Made by a program: the position numbers and the translations under genes. From the sequence record NC_023693.1: 64,000 nt of DNA; one strand, 5' to 3'. The notes beneath the pieces are model-generated. The model saw only the letters and a program-made list of their open reading frames with translations. It was not told the origin of the DNA and did not search any database. How positions within the stretch are numbered: the first letter of the stretch is position 1; each line of letters opens with the position of its first letter. The DNA is from Escherichia phage phi92. Of the stretch, positions 56,965-64,000 are shown piece by piece.

Positions 56965-57915
56965 TTAGTCAAGGTTTTTGGTAATACGTGTACAACCGTC
57001 AGAAGTCAAACCGTCAAATTGAGTTTCCCAAGTGCCATGAATATTTCGGAACAATGTTGTTACACCTTTTGGTTCATTAATAATGATTGCCATAACAAGT
57101 TTAGGATCGATAACAGACATAATCTTTTCCTCAATACCCTCTGTAATAACATTATTGCGCACAATATTAATTGCATCTTCTTGTACAGTAAGAACACTTA
57201 CGTTCTTAAGAGTATATACCTGCTGTGTAGTGTAAATGATACGAACATAACTTACAGAACGAGTAGGCACAGGTTTACGCGGTCGGCGAAAACGTGGTTT
57301 TGGTGAAGATTCAGTCTTACTTTCATTTTTTGAATAATACTCCTCAAACAGTTTAGTAAATGTTTTTACATCAACTACAAACCGATCTTTCCGATATGGA
57401 GAATTCTTATGTGCACCATTAATACCACTGTTTTCATCGAAGAAAGTAATGTTTTCTTCAGTTGAATACATTAGATAATGATCTGCATTTTTCCAATGTG
57501 GTTGTGGACAACGAGGATTACAAACGGAAAGCAGATAACTAATATCTTCTTCCGTGGCATCAGTATCCAGGAAACACGTATTATGCACAGTCAGTTGTAC
57601 TTTTTCAGCCATATCTTTTTCTTTATCCTCTTTAGCAAGATATTCAGTACGAATAATCTCCAGAAAATTTTCAGGTGTTACTTCCATAAATGTATATTCA
57701 GGATGAAGTTCCATATATTCAAATCCACAACCATCTAATTGCTGTAGAAAGTTAGGGTAGAAGAACAAATCATTAACACTGTGAATCAGATCATTGATTT
57801 CTGCTTCAGTTGTGTAACCAAAACTCTTGTGAATTGCTTCGTTAAGAATATGCAGGATACCCATCTCTTCTGCTGCTTTTTTAACTTCCAGTTTATTAGC
57901 GTAAAATGCAATCAT
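56965..57915 (-). CDS. hypothetical protein
   Basis: 316 aa ORF; no motif recognised. Confidence 0.45.
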   Translation of the reverse strand: MIAFYANKLEVKKAAEEMGILHILNEAIHKSFGYTTEAEINDLIHSVNDLFFYPNFLQQLDGCGFEYMELHPEYTFMEVTPENFLEIIRTEYLAKEDKEKDMAEKVQLTVHNTCFLDTDATEEDISYLLSVCNPRCPQPHWKNADHYLMYSTEENITFFDENSGINGAHKNSPYRKDRFVVDVKTFTKLFEEYYSKNESKTESSPKPRFRRPRKPVPTRSVSYVRIIYTTQQVYTLKNVSVLTVQEDAINIVRNNVITEGIEEKIMSVIDPKLVMAIIINEPKGVTTLFRNIHGTWETQFDGLTSDGCTRITKNLD

Positions 57916-57932
57916 TATGTTCTCCTTCTAAA

Positions 57933-58367
57933 TTAGTTTAAAATTTCTTTTGCAATGGTAGAAGCAAGTTTTCCATCATATTGGTTCGGATACTCTGCTT
58001 TAAGGTGTTTCATCATATCTGGCATTTTCTTGCCTGTCAAGGCAAATTCTTCGGCAATAGCTCGAAGATCATCTTCAGATAGCATTTCTGGTAAATATTT
58101 TTCCAGGGTGGTGATATCACGCATAGCTCGCTCACATTTGCTAATGGAGGCATTAACTTTCTTAAGCGAGTCTAGTTCCTCTTTAGCGTGTGCAATACCA
58201 ATCTTAACAATGTTAATCATAATATCATCTTCTGATTTATTCAGATTTGCCTTTTGAGTACGAGCAAGGTCAAACTCACCAATAATATTAGTTAACAAAG
58301 CAAAAGCACCCTTATCGGTTGTACGTGCTAAGATACGATCTGCTTTCATTTGTGTCACAATAGACAT
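57933..58367 (-). CDS. GatB/YqeY domain protein
   Basis: 144 aa helical protein whose size and sequence pattern (IVKIGIAHAKEEL...EEFALTGKKMPDMMKHLKAEYP) resemble the YqeY family. Confidence 0.4.
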   Translation of the reverse strand: MSIVTQMKADRILARTTDKGAFALLTNIIGEFDLARTQKANLNKSEDDIMINIVKIGIAHAKEELDSLKKVNASISKCERAMRDITTLEKYLPEMLSEDDLRAIAEEFALTGKKMPDMMKHLKAEYPNQYDGKLASTIAKEILN

Positions 58368-58379
58368 TCTATTCTCCTC

Positions 58380-58952
58380 TTATTTGCTAATGATTTGAAT
58401 CTTATTTACAACACGGTTTATTGCCAGTGAAGCCCTAGGCTCCGCAATACCTGTTGCATAGATATAAGGATGACCTTTTGGAGACTCCCTCATACCGAAT
58501 GAACCTAATTCTAAACCATATTCATCCTCTACGTCAACCCCAATATTAGTGGGTACTAAATATGTTTTAACTCCATAATAAGTAGAGAAGAAACAGCGCA
58601 TAGAGTTAGCATACTCTTCAATTGTAGCATCAGGGTAGAACTCAATCAACTCCAATTTCAAGAAAATATTAAAATGGGTATCATCTAAATTTTCTTCTGT
58701 GCGGTAACATGGTGTTAGTGCCATATACGGATTACCTGCTGCAAATTCAAAACCATCCTTCTCCATTTGCAGGAAAGATTGTTCTGCACTAGCTACATAG
58801 TATTTACCGTTAGGATGCCCTAATGGGCGATCCTCTTTATTTTCTGGTAGTGTATACGCCAGTATATCAGCATCCACGAGATATGGAACTTCTAACATTT
58901 GTGCAAATCGACCATAGTAATCAATAGCTTGAGCTATTACTGCAACATTCAT
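58380..58952 (-). CDS. class II aminoacyl-tRNA synthetase-like minimal catalytic domain (AsnA/EpmA-like)
   Basis: CYRTEENLDDTHFNIFLKLELIEFY resembles class II motif 2 (FRNE...H.PEFT..E.Y); VASAEQSFLQMEKDGFE resembles the motif 1 region; Gly-rich C-terminal region. Confidence 0.35.
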   Translation of the reverse strand: MNVAVIAQAIDYYGRFAQMLEVPYLVDADILAYTLPENKEDRPLGHPNGKYYVASAEQSFLQMEKDGFEFAAGNPYMALTPCYRTEENLDDTHFNIFLKLELIEFYPDATIEEYANSMRCFFSTYYGVKTYLVPTNIGVDVEDEYGLELGSFGMRESPKGHPYIYATGIAEPRASLAINRVVNKIQIISK

Positions 58953-59200
58953 GATCGACCTCCATTGCGGAATGCACGTTTAGTAATGTTTGACATAGTG
59001 ATCAAATCTTGAAGCGTCATACCAGGAAAATGCTGTTCAAGAACACCTTCAACAGCGCCTACAATATCTGATAACTCAATAAGTTGCATCAGCTTGCAAT
59101 CTTGATCAATAGCATCTTGAAGTTCATAAAGCTCTTCTTGAATCTTAGCAATAGAACCGTATTTCTCTTTGCTAATCTCCTTCAAATGATACCCTGCCAC
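58949..59200 (-). CDS. hypothetical protein, possible MazG-like nucleotide pyrophosphohydrolase
   Basis: 83 aa helical protein with EELYELQDA...ELSD acidic pattern; weak. Confidence 0.3.
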   Translation of the reverse strand: MAGYHLKEISKEKYGSIAKIQEELYELQDAIDQDCKLMQLIELSDIVGAVEGVLEQHFPGMTLQDLITMSNITKRAFRNGGRS

Positions 59201-59210
59201 TTTAACCCCC

Positions 59211-61985
59211 TTAGTTTACCAGTTTATTTATATCGGGTAAAAGATTTATTTCACCTAAAAAATCACCTTCACCTTCCTCTAACCAACTCTCATATGCTTG
59301 TGCATGATTATAGTTACCATCAAAAGAATCTGCAACAAATTTTTCTACAGTTTTTCGAGATGTGCCAGCGCCAAATACACCAAGTTTAATACCATTGATC
59401 GGTAAAGTGGTGCTTGTTGGTACTTTCTCTGTTGCAACACGGTTGATATCTATAATCTCCTGTACGGTTGTGTTCCATTGTAAGCATTTAACACAACGGG
59501 TATGCGCTACATACAGTAGGTTTCGCTCTGCCTCTTCCAGTCCTACCCATTCACCAGTCTTTTTATCATAGTTGGAAGGAAAATCATTAGCAACAATAAC
59601 CTGATCCCACTCCAAACCTTTAGACTTGTGTGCTGTAGTCAGTGTGACTTTTGCTGTAGGAGAATTTCTATGCGTTCTAAGTGTATGTGCTATAGTGTTC
59701 GCCTTACCAGAAACTACGATGTTTAACAAGCGTTTAGCATCTGGATCAGCCTCTGCACACTCAACAAATTCATTCCAATCTGCGTAAGGTAATACAGTTT
59801 CATGTTTTACTTTCTCAATATCTCCTCTCCGAAGAGCATTAACACTATCTACCATAGAGATAAAATCCCTGGTATCTACGTTAATAATAATTTCTTCCCC
59901 ATTTGCAATACGATCCATTGCCTCCATAAGCAAGGTTAAATTCTTGCGAAAGATGATAGTGTAAGGTTTTGTATAGTCTACAACATCTGATTTGTAGCTA
60001 CCTACTACAGTATCAAAGCCTTTACCAACCAAAGGATGACGCAAAGGTTCTTTATCGCTTAAAATCATATTGGCAATGTTTGCCACTTTGGGGCCAAAAC
60101 GGAAGCAAGCAGTTAATGGAAGCTCTGCCCCATACTTAGCTGTTTCAATCATCATATTAGAGCTACCTCTAAATTGATAAATGCAGTTGTGGCTAAGAAT
60201 TTCATTGCCAAAGAAGTTAGCAGTATCCTCTACTTCAATATCATAATAGATACCCTCACTATCTACAATGTCCACAATCTCTTCTGCCGTTACAGTATCA
60301 CCATCTTTTACCAACACAGACATGCCTTTAAACAAACCCGCTGCCGGAATTAAGTTATATTTGGCAGTGTCTACAGAGGACATGCATTCTTTTAAAGATG
60401 CAAACGGAACTATTTCAAGGATCTTTTGTGCAAAACTCAATGCTTCACGATAAGAATTGAAATACTTACGTACACGGTAACGACCTTCCAATTTAGCAAC
60501 ACTTACGCTTACACCTGCTTTAATGAGTGAAGCATAGATCGGCATTTCACTTTCTGTCCACTCAAAACTGACTTGTGTTCCTTTACAACCTTGTGCTCGC
60601 AAAGTCACTGTTAACATTTTTCTTTCATCTACTGCACAATTGATGCTGTGCCAATGTGGATAAGCAAAATGATAGTCTTTATCCTCTAAAAGTTTAAAAC
60701 CATTCTGTCCGAATTGTTCAAAGATGTTATTGATCCTTTCTTGATTAATGCCGCGTGAACTTGCTTCAAATACACAAGTAGGAATGCCATATTGTAAACT
60801 GTATGCCATTTCTTTTTCCATAGCAGCTTCGCGATTTTCAACAATGTCCAACACCCATAATTTCTGTGCTTTTTCAGAACGTGTACGTTGCCCCAGTTTA
60901 GAAAAACCTTCTTTATCATCGAATTTGTTAGTGATCCCTACTCGGAAACCTAAATCTTTCCTCCACATTAGGTATACCACCATCTGGTCATCTTTCAGAA
61001 CATAGGATGAAGCCCAAATACGATGGTTATGTGTCATATCTAAAGTTTTACCTGTAGCAGTAATAATATTCCTACCTTTTGTACGTGTAGATAAAGTTTT
61101 ATTTGTTACTTTTCTAAATGTAACTTTACCATTAGAATAAGACTCTACCTTATCACCGATTTGCAGGTCTTTCATTGTAACCTGACCATTCTCGGTGTTA
61201 AGTACCGTGTTTTCCGACACACATTGGAATTCATCGCCCACTACCACAATTTGTTTTGCAGATTTAGCATTTCGCAGAATAGACAAGAATGCAGGGTTAA
61301 CATCCTGGAATTCATCACCAAAAATAATATCATAACCAAGATCAGCACCAGACAATTCAAACAATTTTACATAGGTGTCATGCGTCATCAAAGTATCTGT
61401 ATTAGGATCAATGCGCTCTCGCCACAATTGTTTTGCATACTTAACTACTTCTGTAATTAGTTTGTGTTCGTTAATACCTTTTCTTTTAATATCTGCAAGA
61501 TGTACACTAGGAAAATGTTTACGGCTGATAAAAGGATCATCCGAAAATTCAAACTTACCTACGGTTTGCTTGATCATTAAACCGATCATAGCACGAGTTA
61601 AAAGTGTTTTCCCTCGTTTATCAATAAGATTATTAATCTTAAATTTCTTTGCTATCTCGCTACCTGTACCTGCAACGTTAACATACTGTCCTTCTGGTCG
61701 TGACAGTTTTGCACGTAAACGATGATCCAGGAATTGATAGCAAATAGAATGCAATGTACGGCATTCTACATTTAGTGGCATCTTACGTCGTGCTTCTTCT
61801 GCCATGCTTTTATTGAAAGCTAAGTAAAGAATGCGATCTTCTGTACTGTTAGCCAGCAAATAAAGTGTTGACGTTTTGCCTGATCCAGATTTAGCTTGGA
61901 TAGTTAAAAAGCGATGGTCTGGAAAAGCCTCCTTAATAGCTGTTTGCTCTTCTGTTGGAGTGAAGCTCAAATCTTTCTTAGCCAT
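59211..61985 (-). CDS. SF1 DNA helicase (UvrD/Rep-like), intein-containing
   Basis: Walker A AKSGSGKT, motif II IFGDEFQD; motif III split as VVGDEFQ / CIYQFRGS by a 346 aa insertion; start taken at ATG 61985 (MAKKD...) next to the upstream stop (the ORF track starts at 62024). Confidence 0.65.
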   Translation of the reverse strand: MAKKDLSFTPTEEQTAIKEAFPDHRFLTIQAKSGSGKTSTLYLLANSTEDRILYLAFNKSMAEEARRKMPLNVECRTLHSICYQFLDHRLRAKLSRPEGQYVNVAGTGSEIAKKFKINNLIDKRGKTLLTRAMIGLMIKQTVGKFEFSDDPFISRKHFPSVHLADIKRKGINEHKLITEVVKYAKQLWRERIDPNTDTLMTHDTYVKLFELSGADLGYDIIFGDEFQDVNPAFLSILRNAKSAKQIVVVGDEFQCVSENTVLNTENGQVTMKDLQIGDKVESYSNGKVTFRKVTNKTLSTRTKGRNIITATGKTLDMTHNHRIWASSYVLKDDQMVVYLMWRKDLGFRVGITNKFDDKEGFSKLGQRTRSEKAQKLWVLDIVENREAAMEKEMAYSLQYGIPTCVFEASSRGINQERINNIFEQFGQNGFKLLEDKDYHFAYPHWHSINCAVDERKMLTVTLRAQGCKGTQVSFEWTESEMPIYASLIKAGVSVSVAKLEGRYRVRKYFNSYREALSFAQKILEIVPFASLKECMSSVDTAKYNLIPAAGLFKGMSVLVKDGDTVTAEEIVDIVDSEGIYYDIEVEDTANFFGNEILSHNCIYQFRGSSNMMIETAKYGAELPLTACFRFGPKVANIANMILSDKEPLRHPLVGKGFDTVVGSYKSDVVDYTKPYTIIFRKNLTLLMEAMDRIANGEEIIINVDTRDFISMVDSVNALRRGDIEKVKHETVLPYADWNEFVECAEADPDAKRLLNIVVSGKANTIAHTLRTHRNSPTAKVTLTTAHKSKGLEWDQVIVANDFPSNYDKKTGEWVGLEEAERNLLYVAHTRCVKCLQWNTTVQEIIDINRVATEKVPTSTTLPINGIKLGVFGAGTSRKTVEKFVADSFDGNYNHAQAYESWLEEGEGDFLGEINLLPDINKLVN
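60186..61223 (-). mobile_element. intein (aa 268-613 of the helicase ORF)
   Basis: Begins with Cys (CVSENTVL), TxxH block (DMTHNHRIW), ends ...ILSHN with +1 Cys (CIYQFRG); it sits inside helicase motif III, which excision would restore. Confidence 0.65.
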
Positions 61986-61986
61986 T

Positions 61987-62463
61987 TCAACCTCTCTTAA
62001 TTTGTTTAACAAGCATAGGAACAAAATCTCGTTTTAAAATTTGTTCAATAATATGATCAGGTAGCTGTTGGAAATTATAATTAAAAGCTACTGTCTCACC
62101 TTTAGGTGTTTCTACCCGCACATATAACATGTTACGAAGTTTATCCACTTGTGCTGTATATTCTAAACCATGTAATTGATGTATTGCAAACATCAAATCG
62201 TCAGTTTCAGTTTGGAATCTATCACTTCCTTGCATCAAGGACAAGGTAAAAGGTAGATTTTCCCTAAGAGCCACCTTCTTAGGCACTAGTGAAGGGAAAT
62301 ACTCCCCAATAACTTCCTGTGTAAGCTGAATACACTCTTTTTCAAGCTGGTTTTGTTCCTTGAGTTCACAAACACTTTTTTGTAAAGTGTTAACCTCTTT
62401 TTGCAAAGCTGCTAGTTGAGCACTTAACTTTCTTTTTTGATTACGACCAAAACGTTTAGACAT
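61987..62463 (-). CDS. hypothetical protein
   Basis: 158 aa basic N-terminus with coiled coil. Confidence 0.4.
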   Translation of the reverse strand: MSKRFGRNQKRKLSAQLAALQKEVNTLQKSVCELKEQNQLEKECIQLTQEVIGEYFPSLVPKKVALRENLPFTLSLMQGSDRFQTETDDLMFAIHQLHGLEYTAQVDKLRNMLYVRVETPKGETVAFNYNFQQLPDHIIEQILKRDFVPMLVKQIKRG

Positions 62464-62471
62464 ATTTCCCC

Positions 62472-62987
62472 CTAGTAAAACCCCTTAACAATTTGTATTA
62501 ACTCGGCACAACGGTTGACCAACTTTTCCTCATACAATACACGTTGTGGCATATGTTGTATAATATACTCCATTTGCTCATGCCATGTCCACTTTTCTTT
62601 TTTGTCTGGGATAACATCACTAGCACGAGAATTATCTTTTAATGTTTGTATAATCCAATTGCTTGGAAAGTGCTCTCCACCTTTCTTAAATGGTTTATAG
62701 TGGCCTAGAGTAAATTGAGAATCCCCTGTTAGAGCACCCAATTTATTTAGATGGATAATCAAACTACGAAACACGTAGTATTCATAGATGTTATCCACCG
62801 TATAGCAAGCATAATATTTCAAGATGCCCTTATCTCGCGGATACTTACCAACATCCAGATTGCACCAGTTGACATTTTCTGGATCATAGTGGTGTTCCTT
62901 AAGCCATATTTCTCTTTCATCAAAGTCTGGATATATTACCGCCCTGCTTACAGAGTCAACAAGTGGAGATTGAGCATCAAAAAACAT
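62472..62987 (-). CDS. hypothetical protein
   Basis: 171 aa ORF. Confidence 0.4.
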   Translation of the reverse strand: MFFDAQSPLVDSVSRAVIYPDFDEREIWLKEHHYDPENVNWCNLDVGKYPRDKGILKYYACYTVDNIYEYYVFRSLIIHLNKLGALTGDSQFTLGHYKPFKKGGEHFPSNWIIQTLKDNSRASDVIPDKKEKWTWHEQMEYIIQHMPQRVLYEEKLVNRCAELIQIVKGFY

Positions 62988-63009
62988 TATATTTTTCCTT
63001 ATTGGTTTA

Positions 63010-63375
63010 TTAAACGTTTTCTAAATCTTTTAAGGCATTACCCAACGTTAGAACAATAACATCGTTTGCTGCCTCTTCCCCATTGATATTGGTGAAATTT
63101 GGTGTGACAAAAGTAACCATATAAAACTCGTCCACCTGGAAGACAGCAATAACACCATCCATCTTAACATCTTGACGAAAGGAAAAACCAATCATCTTCT
63201 CTTGCAAAGGCATATCCCCTTCCTTCATTACTGCCAGGGAGTCTTCAGGAATGTTATATTTATCTGCTCCGATGTAGATGTATGTAATGTTATCTTTATC
63301 GTGATGATACAGGGTTGCTTTTTCCATATCTAAACCTGACAGATCAAATACGTTAATTTCTTGTATAGTCTTCAT
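63010..63375 (-). CDS. hypothetical protein
   Basis: Start taken at ATG 63375 (MKTIQ...) with GGGAGGA RBS; the ORF track extends to 63450. Confidence 0.4.
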   Translation of the reverse strand: MKTIQEINVFDLSGLDMEKATLYHHDKDNITYIYIGADKYNIPEDSLAVMKEGDMPLQEKMIGFSFRQDVKMDGVIAVFQVDEFYMVTFVTPNFTNINGEEAANDVIVLTLGNALKDLENV

Positions 63376-63739
63376 AAATATCCTCCCAAATCCAATAATC
63401 ATCTGTGTAAGTAGGATGCCTTTTATCCCACTCTGTTCTAGCCCAAGCAACCGCTGCTACCAACACATCACCATGACAAGGTTGAGGTGCGCAGAAGCAA
63501 ACTAAGTCTTTCCCTTCTAATTCTAACAAATCCTCAAGAGTGATTTTACCACAACGAATTTGCTCCCACAACCACTCTTTATATCTTTGTATAGTTGATC
63601 CTCGTGGTTCATCATCCTTTAACTTAAAAGGATTTGCAAACTTTGAGGCTTTTAACCCCATATGAGGCATAGCTCTGCCAATGTACACTGCACCTTCAGG
63701 TATTACTTTACCTAAGTGGTAAAAATTTAATACTTTCAT
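63353..63739 (-). CDS. DUF4326-like protein
   Basis: VYIGRAMP...NPF...CFCAPQPCHGD pattern; start taken at ATG 63739 immediately after the upstream stop (the ORF track starts at TTG 63763). Confidence 0.4.
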   Translation of the reverse strand: MKVLNFYHLGKVIPEGAVYIGRAMPHMGLKASKFANPFKLKDDEPRGSTIQRYKEWLWEQIRCGKITLEDLLELEGKDLVCFCAPQPCHGDVLVAAVAWARTEWDKRHPTYTDDYWIWEDIYEDYTRN

Positions 63740-63740
63740 A

Positions 63741-64000
63741 TTAACCCAAACACATCTGTGCAATCAAGCCTTGTATAAATTTATTAGCTTCTTTACTGTC
63801 GTAGTCAGTCTCTTCTGGATATCCATCTTCATCGTACACAACTGTACCTTCAATATACCCTGCCTCAATTAAGGCGCGGATCATATCAAATTGCCAGCAT
63901 GAATTACCAAATGGACGTTTACCATTAAAACACTCTTCTTCTCTCCATAACGTAGAGAGTAGTTGTCGGAAATATTCCCGTACAGTGACAGTACCAAGAT
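63741..64000 (-). CDS. hypothetical protein, 3' portion of a gene that begins beyond the window
   Basis: Open frame on the - strand from the window edge to TAA at 63741-63743 (...KFIQGLIAQMCLG*). Confidence 0.4.
   Translation of the reverse strand, partial: LGTVTVREYFRQLLSTLWREEECFNGKRPFGNSCWQFDMIRALIEAGYIEGTVVYDEDGYPEETDYDSKEANKFIQGLIAQMCLG

Noticed and set aside
1-64000. CRISPR arrays, tRNA or rRNA genes, integrase or transposase
   Set aside because: No regularly spaced direct repeats, no intergenic region with a plausible tRNA cloverleaf, and no integrase/transposase-like ORF were seen; the window appears to be internal lytic-phage sequence rather than a prophage edge.

Overview
This window reads as a ~64 kb segment of a tailed dsDNA phage genome (AT-rich, densely packed, no integrase or transposase seen). 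It has two convergent modules meeting at a bidirectional hairpin near 29.0 kb. The + strand (1-28982) carries a contractile-tail morphogenesis module: sheath, tube, chaperone with a candidate -1 frameshift, tape measure, baseplate proteins, and at least four large fibre/spike proteins. The - strand (29018-64000) carries replication and nucleotide-metabolism genes: a beta-class DNA methyltransferase, SSB, a T7-like family A DNA polymerase interrupted by an intein, a gp4-like primase-helicase, anaerobic RNR nrdD split by an ORF-less group I intron plus nrdG, and an SF1 helicase interrupted by a second intein. Between them sits an accessory island (about 38.2-54.3 kb) with a glycosyltransferase cluster and a Ter/TelA-like cassette (TerD, vWA, TelA, TerC) joined to a PRTase, HAD hydrolase, macro domain and AAA+ ATPase. 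That island is my best candidate for the undescribed system. All protein calls rest on motifs read by eye from the supplied translations; no database search or structure prediction was run, and several start codons are uncertain.
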